64,000 nucleotides of DNA from Candidatus Cloacimonadales bacterium. Lineage in GTDB: Bacteria; Cloacimonadota; Cloacimonadia; Cloacimonadales; JAIOQZ01. The position numbers were made by a program, and so were the translations under genes. Shown one piece after another: positions 28,714 to 37,843 of the stretch (positions are counted from its first letter, which is position 1; the number at the start of each line of letters is the position of its first letter). The stretch lies in assembly GCA_963662655.2 (NCBI GenBank), contig CAXXTU010000002.1, positions 128,001 to 192,000 of the forward strand. Reading direction: 5' to 3'. The notes beneath the pieces were generated by a model. The model was not told the DNA's origin and did no database searches. It saw only the letters and a program-made list of their open reading frames with translations.

Positions 28714-29469
28714 TTAGCTTGTCTTCTTGCCTACCGGCGCAATGTAAACCGTGAATTCCTCATCCCCGTCAACGCGAAGAAGCTCGTCGACTTTTTGCTG
28801 ATGGTACGCGCCGATAGCGCATGTCCCTGCCTGGATTGCCTCGCATGCGAGATACAGGTTCTGGCAGAGATGCCCGGCATCCACTGCGATGACCTTATGA
28901 GCCACTTCGACGTATCTCCATTCCATCCTGTAGGGAATGGCTGTCCACAAGAAAGTAACGGCGGCGGTACCGGCAAACTGCTGTCCATGAACAGCTTCAA
29001 TGAGCTTCGTTTCGTGCTCTTTTTCGCTGAAGAGAAACATCAGAGCATGCTCGATGGGGAGGTAGCGATAGAATCCCTTTGTCAACCCGTCCACATTCCG
29101 CACAGCGAGATAGGTCTCGAACGCGTGGCGGTTACCCGCGGACGGCACGGTACGGAAGATTCGTTTCGGATTGTCGAAATCCCTGATTCCCTGCGTCGTC
29201 CACAGGAGAAAGGACAGTTCTTGCAAGGTTATCGCTTCATCGGAGAATTTCCGGTGGCTCTTCCGTTGCTGGATCGCCGCGAGAAGCGAAATCTCGGGAA
29301 TCTCGTTCCACTCTTCGGGTGGAGAGAACATAATAAGATGTGTTCCATCGGGATACGGCTTCTGAATGGGAGGCATGGGAAAGCCATTCTGCTGGTCGGC
29401 TTTGCTGAAATCGGCATGAAGCCTGATGGTGTCTTTCAAAAACTCTCGGGCGGTATCGAATCGGCTCAT
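28714..29469 (-). CDS. SagB/ThcOx-family nitroreductase-like flavoprotein
   Basis: RKSHRKF, RTVPSAGNRH, DAGHLCQNLYL, GTCAIGAY. Confidence 0.88.
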   Translation of the reverse strand: MSRFDTAREFLKDTIRLHADFSKADQQNGFPMPPIQKPYPDGTHLIMFSPPEEWNEIPEISLLAAIQQRKSHRKFSDEAITLQELSFLLWTTQGIRDFDNPKRIFRTVPSAGNRHAFETYLAVRNVDGLTKGFYRYLPIEHALMFLFSEKEHETKLIEAVHGQQFAGTAAVTFLWTAIPYRMEWRYVEVAHKVIAVDAGHLCQNLYLACEAIQAGTCAIGAYHQQKVDELLRVDGDEEFTVYIAPVGKKTS

Positions 29470-29480
29470 TACTTGACTCC

Positions 29481-30179
29481 TTAGATGAGTATTTTTTCTC
29501 GTACGAAGGACAGGAAATCGTTGTCTCCTATCACGATGTGGTCCAGAACCTGGATTTCCACCAACTCCAGCGCTTCCCGGATTTGCCGGGTTATCAGGAT
29601 GTCGTCCCTGGATGGCGTTGTGTTTCCTCCCGGGTGGTTGTGAACAAGGATAACTGCGTGGGCGTGATGCATGAGGGCGTTCTCGACGATCTTCCGCTTG
29701 TAGATGGCCGATTGATTGAGGGTGCCGTGAAACAGCGTTTCTTCAGCGATAATCATGTTCTGCGTGTTGAGGAATATCACTTTGAATTCCTCGGTCTTCT
29801 TACCCTTGTAATGCGTTTTCAGATACTTGACGACATCATCGGCGCTGGAGACGTAATCATGGTTCAATATCTTCTCTCTCAGATGGAAGCAATTCACGTC
29901 GCGCAGGAGCTTAAGCAAGACCGCGGAGCGCTCTCCAAGCCCCTCCACTTCGATGAGCTGACTGACGGGAGCATTCAACACGCCGGTAAGATTACCGAAT
30001 CTGCGGATCAGCTCCTTGGCGAGGCTGCGCGTGTCCTTACGGACAATCGAGTAGGACAGGACGAGTTCCAGTACTTCGTAGTCATGGAATCCATCCAGGC
30101 CGTCCCTGACAAAGCGGTCTCGCATTCGCTGTTTGTGAAGCTGCTGGTCGTCACCGGGAAGTTTCGTCCTGGTCGGCAT
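29481..30179 (-). CDS. radC: RadC-family JAB domain protein
   Basis: HKQRMRDRF, YEVLELVL, HhH, HNHPGG...PSRDD, VLDHIVIG. Confidence 0.93.
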   Translation of the reverse strand: MPTRTKLPGDDQQLHKQRMRDRFVRDGLDGFHDYEVLELVLSYSIVRKDTRSLAKELIRRFGNLTGVLNAPVSQLIEVEGLGERSAVLLKLLRDVNCFHLREKILNHDYVSSADDVVKYLKTHYKGKKTEEFKVIFLNTQNMIIAEETLFHGTLNQSAIYKRKIVENALMHHAHAVILVHNHPGGNTTPSRDDILITRQIREALELVEIQVLDHIVIGDNDFLSFVREKILI

Positions 30180-30182
30180 TGG

Positions 30183-30626
30183 TTACGACTTCTCTCCCCG
30201 GACAAGCCAGGGCTCGATGCGATCCTTATGCTTTTCGGAGAAATAGGTGTATTTGCTGCGGCTGAAACCGTTCTCATCGAACAGGCGGTCGAACAAGTCG
30301 ATCACGCGACGGTGAGAAATGAAGCTCTTGACGACGATGGCGAATCGAACCAGCTTCTTGCTGAATAGCAGTTGTTTATACTCGTCGAGGACTTTTGCGA
30401 TTTTATAAAGGTTCGTTTGGCGGGAATTCACGTGCTTCGCATTGAATACCAGCAGGAAACTGCGGAATGATCTGGAATCGTTTACGATAAATTCCAAACA
30501 TTGCTTCAATACCGGTTCCGCGTTGCTGAGCTTCAGCTCGTAGACCTGAACAGTTTCTTTCCCCAATTGCAGCGGGTAACGTGCAACCGATTCTTCCGCT
30601 TTATCGAAAATATCCTGTAAAGGCAT
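30183..30626 (-). CDS. Hypothetical protein
   Basis: 147-aa ORF with AGGAG RBS, co-oriented between asd and radC; no family recognised. Confidence 0.65.
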   Translation of the reverse strand: MPLQDIFDKAEESVARYPLQLGKETVQVYELKLSNAEPVLKQCLEFIVNDSRSFRSFLLVFNAKHVNSRQTNLYKIAKVLDEYKQLLFSKKLVRFAIVVKSFISHRRVIDLFDRLFDENGFSRSKYTYFSEKHKDRIEPWLVRGEKS

Positions 30627-30665
30627 GACAACTCCTTGGATGCTTTCTTCGAAACTAGTATATTA

Positions 30666-31649
30666 TCATTTCACACTGTTTGCAAGATAAATAATATGCT
30701 TCAGGATTCGAACTGCGTTCGTGGCAGCGCCGAGGCGAACGTTGTGGCCGACATTCCAGAACCGTAACGAGTTGTCGTCGAGTCCTTTCCTTACCCGGCA
30801 GATAAAGCTTTTATCCGAGTCTCCGATTTCAGCGGGAGTAAAAAAATCTTCCCGCAGGACGCTCAGGCCCGGGCTGGTTTCGAGAATGTCCAAGGCAACC
30901 ACGGGCGAAACCGGCTTCTCGCACTCGATGTAAACGCTTTCGCTGTGCCCGTAAAGCACGGGCACTCGCACCGTTTCGGCGGAAACCTGGATGCTATCAT
31001 TGCCGAGTATCTTGCATATCTCGCTGTGCATCTTCAATTCTTCCTCGCAGTACCCATCCTCCGAGAATGCGCCAATCTGCGGGATGACATTCATGTCGAT
31101 CCTGCGCGTAAACACACGATGCTCAGGCGAGCCTTCCCTCTGCGCGAGGAGCTCCTGGATACCTTTGTTACCCGCGCCCGAAACGGACTGGAAAGTCGTG
31201 ACGATAACCTTCTTCAGGCCGAATTCCCTGGCGAGAGGATGCAGGGCGAGCACGAGCTGGATGGTCGAGCAATTAGGGTTCGCGATGATACCTCGATAGT
31301 TCTGCAGCAGGTGGCCGTTGATCTCGGGGACAACCAGAGGAATGACGGGATCCTTGCGGAAGGCAGAGGAATTGTCGATGATCGTGTTTCCGGCTTTCTG
31401 TGCGATGGGAGAGAATTTTCTGGAGGTTTCGCCCCCCGGGGAGAACAACAGGAAATCGTATTCCTTCTGCATGGCTTCTGCGGTTAACGGCTGTACTGAT
31501 ATGCTTTTACCGCGATATTCCAATTGAGTGCCGGTTGACCTGGGGGATGCGAAGAGCTCGAGGTTATCGATAGAAACTTGTTGCTCATCGAGCAGGCGAA
31601 TCATCATCCGCCCCACGGTTCCGGTTGCGCCGACGATACCAATGTGCAT
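30666..31649 (-). CDS. asd: Aspartate-semialdehyde dehydrogenase
   Basis: GATGTVG, IDNSSAFR, VVPEIN, ANPNCST, QSVSGAG, RVPVLYGHSE, GAATNAV. Confidence 0.96.
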   Translation of the reverse strand: MHIGIVGATGTVGRMMIRLLDEQQVSIDNLELFASPRSTGTQLEYRGKSISVQPLTAEAMQKEYDFLLFSPGGETSRKFSPIAQKAGNTIIDNSSAFRKDPVIPLVVPEINGHLLQNYRGIIANPNCSTIQLVLALHPLAREFGLKKVIVTTFQSVSGAGNKGIQELLAQREGSPEHRVFTRRIDMNVIPQIGAFSEDGYCEEELKMHSEICKILGNDSIQVSAETVRVPVLYGHSESVYIECEKPVSPVVALDILETSPGLSVLREDFFTPAEIGDSDKSFICRVRKGLDDNSLRFWNVGHNVRLGAATNAVRILKHIIYLANSVK

Positions 31650-31743
31650 AATGTGTCCTTACGATGATATTCTTCAATTGTCGTCATTCTATCGATGCGG
31701 ACAATTTCTCACAAGAAAAATCCAGAGGAAATAGCGAGAGCAC

Positions 31744-31780
31744 AAAAAAAACCGCTGCACTTGGTAAAGTATCAGCGGTT
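31744..31780 (-). terminator. Rho-independent terminator
   Basis: Minus strand AACCGCTG...CAGCGGTT followed by a T run, downstream of the 31798-32349 gene. Confidence 0.7.
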
Positions 31781-31797
31781 AAAAAACTTGTTGAAAG

Positions 31798-32349
31798 TTA
31801 CTCGATTGCGTCAACGACGATACCTACGGTGATAGCGCCGATCGTTTTATCCCCGTCTTTAACAGGCACCGAAACCTGAACGGTCTCTTGTTCGGTACTG
31901 GCGTCGTACTTCTTCTCGTCGATGAAAATCTTGCCAGCTCCACCAGCGAATGACGCAGTAAATTTCTCCTCATCTCCCTGCCAGTAATCAGAGGTGAAAT
32001 CACTCAATCCGACAAGAGCTCCGTTTTCATCCATCACGAATATCTCGCTATAGTAAGCTTTCATGGAAGTGAGTTTCTGCAAGTACTGGCTGCATTCGTT
32101 GCCAATCAAATCGTTCATGAATTTGGTCGGCGTTTTTGCTGATATCCATTCAGCGTCAGTCTTCTTGATGGTGTCCATCGATTCGTTTTGGGCATTCTTT
32201 TCTTTTACAGCATTCACGATTACGGGATCGTTTCCAAGCTTGACCACCACATTCGTAATCAGCTTGAGCAAGCCGGGATGCGGTTCTTCGGCGATGAGTG
32301 TGATTGTTAACAAGGAAAAGATAAGCGTCAGTAAAAAGAGTTTTTGCAT
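31798..32349 (-). CDS. Secreted stand-alone Cache/PDC-like sensor domain protein
   Basis: Signal peptide; EIFVMDENGALV...TSDYWQGDEEKF...VSVPVKDGDKTIGAITVG; GGAGG RBS. Confidence 0.75.
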   Translation of the reverse strand: MQKLFLLTLIFSLLTITLIAEEPHPGLLKLITNVVVKLGNDPVIVNAVKEKNAQNESMDTIKKTDAEWISAKTPTKFMNDLIGNECSQYLQKLTSMKAYYSEIFVMDENGALVGLSDFTSDYWQGDEEKFTASFAGGAGKIFIDEKKYDASTEQETVQVSVPVKDGDKTIGAITVGIVVDAIE

Positions 32350-32446
32350 AGTACCTCCCTGAGAATACGATCCATATACCGGACCATTTATACAAAGGTA
32401 CTACGGCATTCCGCGAAAAACAAACTGAAAATTAACTGAAATCAGA

Positions 32447-33211
32447 TTACAGGTTCGCCTTTATCGTGTCAAACGATCCCTCAAGCACCTCTCTAAGCCG
32501 CTCCTGGACTTTCAGGTGCCTTTCTCCGGTCCATTCGTCCATGAAGATTTTCTTGAACTCGATAGCCACGCAGCATGCTGAATCGGGAAAGCTTCTGTGA
32601 ATCCAGCGTGAGAAATTCCCACCGGAGAACTTTACATTGGTTCGCACATCAAGCTTTCTGCCGAAAAAATCTTCCTGGCTGAGGTTCTCGCGCAGGATTT
32701 CGATCAGGGGAAACCACTCCTCGCTCATGTTGTTCGTTCCCAGGATGATATCTGGATTCATATCGGGATCGTCCGGCGGAGCCAGCGGCCCATTCCGGCG
32801 ATGGTTGTAGGAATGGATGTCGAACACGAAGAACTTGCCGAAGGTGCTTCTCATCTCCTCGAAGAAGAGTTTCGTCCTGCTGTAGAAGAGATTGTATTTG
32901 TGCAGAGCGCTTTCGATTACATCGTCCGGGAGTGGTTTGCTGCGGACGGGAAGCCCCCAGGCGTCTTCCGGATTCTGATAGATTGCCTTTTCCGGCGAGC
33001 GGTTCAGGTCGACCTCGAACCGACTGAAACGACCGATAATGCGGTTGTTCGAAATCAGGGTGAAATAGCCGGTGAAGGGGTCTTCTTCACGGAGTTGATC
33101 GGCTTCCGATATCCCAAGATTCTCCTTGAACACGGTGCTCATCAAGTGGCCGTTATGGATCGCGGTGCAAACAATAGGTTCATCAAACCGAAACGAAAAT
33201 TCGGCAATCAT
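32447..33211 (-). CDS. N-formylglutamate amidohydrolase family protein
   Basis: TAIHNGH, REED, SRFEVDLNR, DIHSYN, DIILGT, NVKFSGG, AIEFKK. Confidence 0.88.
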   Translation of the reverse strand: MIAEFSFRFDEPIVCTAIHNGHLMSTVFKENLGISEADQLREEDPFTGYFTLISNNRIIGRFSRFEVDLNRSPEKAIYQNPEDAWGLPVRSKPLPDDVIESALHKYNLFYSRTKLFFEEMRSTFGKFFVFDIHSYNHRRNGPLAPPDDPDMNPDIILGTNNMSEEWFPLIEILRENLSQEDFFGRKLDVRTNVKFSGGNFSRWIHRSFPDSACCVAIEFKKIFMDEWTGERHLKVQERLREVLEGSFDTIKANL

Positions 33212-33242
33212 AGCATCTCCTCAAATCAACCTCATGAAATCA

Positions 33243-33271
33243 TTTATATAATAAAACGCTGGTCTTGTCAA
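33243..33271 (-). promoter_or_regulatory. Putative sigma70 promoter for the amidohydrolase gene
   Basis: Minus strand TTGACA-17 nt-TATAAA. Confidence 0.55.
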
Positions 33272-33510
33272 TGAAAAGAACGCTCGTAACCTTTTCTGTG
33301 CGAATATTTCCTGAAGAAAATGCCGAAAAGGCGAGGAATCCTTAAAATTGTCAGCGCCGCAGGGAAGATGGATGCTATTCTTGATCTGATTTGTTTCAAA
33401 GAAATTAGCCCGTACAAGGGATTCGGGCGTTCGATCAGGGATTCTGAACCGACTTCAGATGCGCGCTAACCAAATTATTCGTATATTTCCAGTTTCATTG
33501 GCAAGATGTG

Positions 33511-33539
33511 TTGACATCATTTCCACGTCATGGTAAATT
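33511..33539 (+). promoter_or_regulatory. Putative sigma70 promoter for the pilM-like operon
   Basis: TTGACA-17 nt-TAAATT with an extended TG; a second TTGACA at 33602. Confidence 0.55.
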
Positions 33540-33664
33540 ATCATTAAGTAGTTGTCACAACAGAATTAGTGCAAAATCATCGGAGAATTGGTCATATTTA
33601 CTTGACACTCAATGCGTTAATATCTTAATTGGGTAAATCGCATTTATCCGGAGGAGATGTCTAA

Positions 33665-34663
33665 GTGGAACATATCGCAGCAGTTGACATTGGATTGCAC
33701 TCGCTGAAGATGATTCATGGCTGGAAGAAGCGAGACCTTGTCGTTGTTGAAAATGGAATTGTGCATCCATATAGCAATGAGTTGCTCCAGGCCAACAGAG
33801 TATCGGATGAGACGCTGAAGGAGGTTTATAAAAGAAACTTCATCATCATGTCGAAGGATCTCGAAGAGCTTGCATTCAGGCTTCCCAAGAAGACGACATT
33901 CATGTTCACGTTCAACAGCCTTTTTGCGAACATCTATGTGAACCGTTTCCAGTCCTCATCGATCAAGCGCTTGAAGATCGCATCGCAGATATACCTCGAG
34001 AAGCTGGCCCACGACGGCTACGATACCAATTACGAAATCGCATCGTACAACAAAGGCAACGGAGAGGCGGAAGTCATCCTGTACTCGTTCCTGAACGAAC
34101 CCTTCGATTTTCTTCTGGAGGTCATTCGCGCCACCGGATTGAACGCGAAGGTCGTCGATTTTGACGCGCTTTGCATGGCAAATGCACTGGAGAGACGCTC
34201 GAAAGATCACGATCACAATCTCCTGATCGATTTCGGATGCTCGAAGACGACGCTTATTTTGTTTGAGAACATGCAGTTGCAGCGAATACACGTGATTCCC
34301 TATGGAATCATGCACGTGGCGGAGCAGATCACGCAGAAATCGCGGTTGAACCTGATCGAAGCGCTGACGCTCATTATGCTTACAAACGATTATTACCGTA
34401 AGATCGCCGATTTTACTCCGATGAACTTGTACCACGAGCTGTTCGTCCAGATAAAGAACAGCGTCGGTGAGATTATAAAGACAAAGCCCGGACTCAAGAT
34501 TTATACATCGGGAGGCATCGTACGCAATCAGGCCTTCCAGCTTTGCATGGAGAAAATTCTTGGCGCGCCCTCGGAAGTATTCGATCCTTTCCCCGAGGAA
34601 ATCGATTTCAAGCATGACGAGAAGCACATGTTCACCGCCGCGTACGGATTATTTATGAGGTAG
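33665..34663 (+). CDS. pilM: PilM-like actin-fold pilus assembly protein
   Basis: AVDIGLHSLK, VVDFDALCMAN, LLIDFGCSKT, YTSGG, FDPF, AYGL motifs; GGAGGAG RBS with GTG start. Confidence 0.72.
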   Translation: MEHIAAVDIGLHSLKMIHGWKKRDLVVVENGIVHPYSNELLQANRVSDETLKEVYKRNFIIMSKDLEELAFRLPKKTTFMFTFNSLFANIYVNRFQSSSIKRLKIASQIYLEKLAHDGYDTNYEIASYNKGNGEAEVILYSFLNEPFDFLLEVIRATGLNAKVVDFDALCMANALERRSKDHDHNLLIDFGCSKTTLILFENMQLQRIHVIPYGIMHVAEQITQKSRLNLIEALTLIMLTNDYYRKIADFTPMNLYHELFVQIKNSVGEIIKTKPGLKIYTSGGIVRNQAFQLCMEKILGAPSEVFDPFPEEIDFKHDEKHMFTAAYGLFMR

Positions 34664-34668
34664 GATAG

Positions 34669-35184
34669 ATGGGTAGATATTGCACCAATCTGATTGATAC
34701 ATTCGAGAAAATGAACAACACCTTCAAGTGGTTTGTGATTGCCGTGGCTGTTGTTATTGGCATAGGAATCGTGATTTACGGCGTTCGCTCGTCAACATCG
34801 GGGAGCAAACCGAAAAAGGAAATAGTGAGGGTTCAGGGCGATACCACATCCGGAGTCGCTGGCGAAGCGCGTCTTACTTCGGGCGATAAAACGGCCCGGG
34901 ATGAGGACGCCGCCGAATCGGACACAGAAAATGAGAGTAATGTCGCAAAGAAGACAAGTCCTCTGGATAATGTTAAATATCTCAACGTTTACGACGGTTA
35001 CGAGATCACCGGCGTGGTCATCGAGCGGGGCAAGCAGCCGATGGTCTATCTTCGCAAAGAAGGGGAATCCAAGTCATACGGCGTCGGCGATGCCGTGGGC
35101 GACGCGGTGCTGGAAAGCGTTCATCGTAACCATGTAATTTTAAAACAAGGCAAGACGATCATTCATTTGAATAACATCAATTAG
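34669..35184 (+). CDS. Bitopic PilP/GspC-like protein
   Basis: N-terminal TM, low-complexity linker, C-terminal beta domain YEITGVVI...YGVGDAVGDAVLESVHRNHVIL. Confidence 0.55.
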   Translation: MGRYCTNLIDTFEKMNNTFKWFVIAVAVVIGIGIVIYGVRSSTSGSKPKKEIVRVQGDTTSGVAGEARLTSGDKTARDEDAAESDTENESNVAKKTSPLDNVKYLNVYDGYEITGVVIERGKQPMVYLRKEGESKSYGVGDAVGDAVLESVHRNHVILKQGKTIIHLNNIN

Positions 35185-35189
35185 GAAGC

Positions 35190-36722
35190 ATGAAACGGGC
35201 ATTCGCCGCACTATTGTTCGCTTGGTTTTTTATTGGACTCGTCACAGCTATCGACCTTGTCGATGTTCGATACGGCTCGTACCGGCTGGGTGAGTTTATC
35301 GCTTCCGAAACACAGTCTGCCGACGAAATCCGCATCATCTTCGAGCTGAACGATTCCCCGGAATACACCATTCTAGAAAGCGATGGCAAGCTTGCTTTTA
35401 CCATGCTGGATGTCCATTCCGGCCTGCATCGCAACGAATACGCCATCAACAACGGTCTGATTTCCATCATCAGCTTGAAGCAGGTGGAGCAGAGCCTCGT
35501 TGCGACAATTTTCTTCGAAGGGACTTATCAATCACACAGCATCGAACAGGCGAGCGACCCGGTTCGGCTGGTTCTCAAGCTCAAGGGCGAACCGATCCTC
35601 GAGCAGAGGAAGACGCCGGAGCCTCAAGTCACGAAAAAAGCGGATGATGTCGGCGGTAAGCCGGTCATTCGCCGGGTTGGAGCCGCCAGGCAAAGCGCTC
35701 CAGCAGGAGTGCAGGCGAAAGACCATGAATCCGCCGGAAGAATGGACGATTCAACGCTTGCCGGCCTGTTTCCGGAGAATAGCACGCTGAACCTGGATTT
35801 GAATGAGGTTCCGATTCAGCAGGTATTGCGCTTCTTCTCGCAGCGAAGCCGGTACGATATTGTTCAGGAGGGCGCCCTCGATGGATTGGTAACGCTGAGC
35901 ATAGAGAACCAGAGGTTGACGGATGCCTTCCGCATTGTGCTGGAAAGCCAGGGATTGACCGGATCCATGCGTGGCGATGCGCTGGTCGTGTCTGCCCGGA
36001 GAGAACCGGACCCCGCCACTGCGTATACACTATACACGGTTTACTTGCGAGATATCGATGTACTGGACATGAAGGTCGCGCTGGATTACTTCCTGCCGGA
36101 AAACCATTTCATTCTGCCGGACAGGCGCATCAACAAGCTGGACATCTACCTCCCGGACGAACAGATCACCCTGGTCGATTCGCTGGTGGCGCAGTATGAC
36201 ACACCCGTTGCGGAGACGGAGTTCTCGATGCAGACGTTGTTTCTGGATCGGGATGCCTTCGATCAGATTGACTGGAACGGGCAGGGAGCCTGCGTTGTAG
36301 CCTCCGGCGATTTCATCAAAATCCCCGCGAAGAAAGACGGAGACATCCTGAAGGGATCGTTCGAGATCCATCAACAGGAGTATTGCCGCCAGATGAAGCG
36401 CAAGGCGTTCAAGACGGGCATACCGGTGTTCAGCAGTTCACGCGTGGTGCTCACGACGGGCTATGAGATGCTTTTCGAGCTCCACGTGGGCAATGCGAGC
36501 CACTACTCGCTCAAGACGGATATCACCTGGCATATCGTGAGCCCCGATCTCGTGCAGACGGACGACCGCATCCGGATCAACGCGGATATCGATCACGGCG
36601 AGGTGCTGCTGGTTTATAACAACCTCTATTTTCCACATAACAGCAAGTACGACGACTGGCTTCAGGCGGAAGCGGATTTCAAATCGGACCGGATTCCGGT
36701 GCTGGCGATCACTCCCTTATAG
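35190..36722 (+). CDS. PilQ/secretin-like outer-membrane protein, divergent
   Basis: Signal peptide, AMIN-like N region (DPVRLVL), N0-like LNLDLNEVPIQQVLRFF, N3-like DRRINKL...YDTP; short C-terminal region ending ITP. Confidence 0.6.
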   Translation: MKRAFAALLFAWFFIGLVTAIDLVDVRYGSYRLGEFIASETQSADEIRIIFELNDSPEYTILESDGKLAFTMLDVHSGLHRNEYAINNGLISIISLKQVEQSLVATIFFEGTYQSHSIEQASDPVRLVLKLKGEPILEQRKTPEPQVTKKADDVGGKPVIRRVGAARQSAPAGVQAKDHESAGRMDDSTLAGLFPENSTLNLDLNEVPIQQVLRFFSQRSRYDIVQEGALDGLVTLSIENQRLTDAFRIVLESQGLTGSMRGDALVVSARREPDPATAYTLYTVYLRDIDVLDMKVALDYFLPENHFILPDRRINKLDIYLPDEQITLVDSLVAQYDTPVAETEFSMQTLFLDRDAFDQIDWNGQGACVVASGDFIKIPAKKDGDILKGSFEIHQQEYCRQMKRKAFKTGIPVFSSSRVVLTTGYEMLFELHVGNASHYSLKTDITWHIVSPDLVQTDDRIRINADIDHGEVLLVYNNLYFPHNSKYDDWLQAEADFKSDRIPVLAITPL

Positions 36723-36728
36723 CCGAAA

Positions 36729-37376
36729 ATGTCTCAGCGTCTGTTAGCAATTTATCAAACTCTCTTCAATGAATACGGTCCGCAGCATTGGTGGCCGGGC
36801 GAAACCAGAGACGAGATCATCATCGGAGCTGTCCTCACCCAGAACACGAACTGGAAGAACGTCGAAAAGGCCATTGCCAACCTTAAGATTGACGGAATCC
36901 TTACGTTGCAAGACATTAATACCTTGGATCGCGAGCGGCTCTCTTCGCTCATCAAGCCTGCGGGTTATTTCAATATCAAGGCCAGGAGATTGCAGTCGGT
37001 GGCGAAAGCGCTCACGGAGATCGATCTCACGAAGATGAGCTTGGCGGAGGCCAGGGATTACACGCTGGATGTCTATGGGGTCGGGCCGGAAACCGCCGAT
37101 TCGATTCTCCTTTACGCCTACGGTTTCCCGACGTTCGTTGTTGATGCGTACACGAAGCGTATTTTCTCGCGCGTTGGTTTGATCGGGTCCGACGCTGGGT
37201 ACGAGGAAGTTAGGCTGAAGTTTCAGCAAAACTTGCCTCGGGATGTGCAGCTTTTCAACGAGTACCATGCGCTGATCGTCCAGCACGCCAAGGTGTCGTG
37301 TAATGTGAAACCGGCTTGCGAGAGCTGCCCGTTCAATGACCAATGTGAGTTTTATCGAAAGGAGAAAGCGTTATGA
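36729..37376 (+). CDS. Endonuclease III-related HhH-GPD DNA glycosylase with Fe-S motif
   Basis: [33 protein letters not shown]-x6-C-x2-C-x5-C. Confidence 0.9.
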   Translation: MSQRLLAIYQTLFNEYGPQHWWPGETRDEIIIGAVLTQNTNWKNVEKAIANLKIDGILTLQDINTLDRERLSSLIKPAGYFNIKARRLQSVAKALTEIDLTKMSLAEARDYTLDVYGVGPETADSILLYAYGFPTFVVDAYTKRIFSRVGLIGSDAGYEEVRLKFQQNLPRDVQLFNEYHALIVQHAKVSCNVKPACESCPFNDQCEFYRKEKAL

Positions 37377-37831
37377 GACTTGTGATTCAGCGCGTCGGAA
37401 AAGCGAGTGTGGAAGTTGACGGCGAGATCACCGGCAAGATCGGGAAGGGGCTTCTGGTGCTGTTGGGCGTCACGCACTCCGACGACGAAAGCGTCATCCC
37501 GTGGCTCGTCAGGAAGACCTGCGAGTTGAGAATTTTCGAAGACGAGCAGGGAAAGATGAACCGCAGTCTGTTGGACGTGGGAGGGAAGATGCTGGTCGTC
37601 TCCCAGTTCACGCTTTACGCCAGATGCCTCAAAGGACGCAGGCCCGACTTCAACGACGCGGCCCCACCCCAGAAAGCGGAAGCGCTCTACGAGAAGTTCG
37701 TCGAAGCCGTACGGGAAGCAGGTGTTCACGTGGAAACCGGGGTTTTCGGCGCGTACATGAAGGTCGATCTCACCAACGACGGCCCCGTGACCATCATTCT
37801 GGAAAAGGATACCACCGAACTCAATCAATAA
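37373..37831 (+). CDS. dtd: D-aminoacyl-tRNA deacylase
   Basis: [30 protein letters not shown]. Confidence 0.97.
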   Translation: MRLVIQRVGKASVEVDGEITGKIGKGLLVLLGVTHSDDESVIPWLVRKTCELRIFEDEQGKMNRSLLDVGGKMLVVSQFTLYARCLKGRRPDFNDAAPPQKAEALYEKFVEAVREAGVHVETGVFGAYMKVDLTNDGPVTIILEKDTTELNQ

Positions 37832-37843
37832 GCTGGAGTTGTT

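Noticed and set aside
33212..33664. Riboswitch or ncRNA in the 450-bp gap upstream of pilM (also the 7005-7540 gap)
   Set aside because: No recognisable aptamer consensus or extended pairing. Divergent promoters explain the space. An Rfam scan would settle it.
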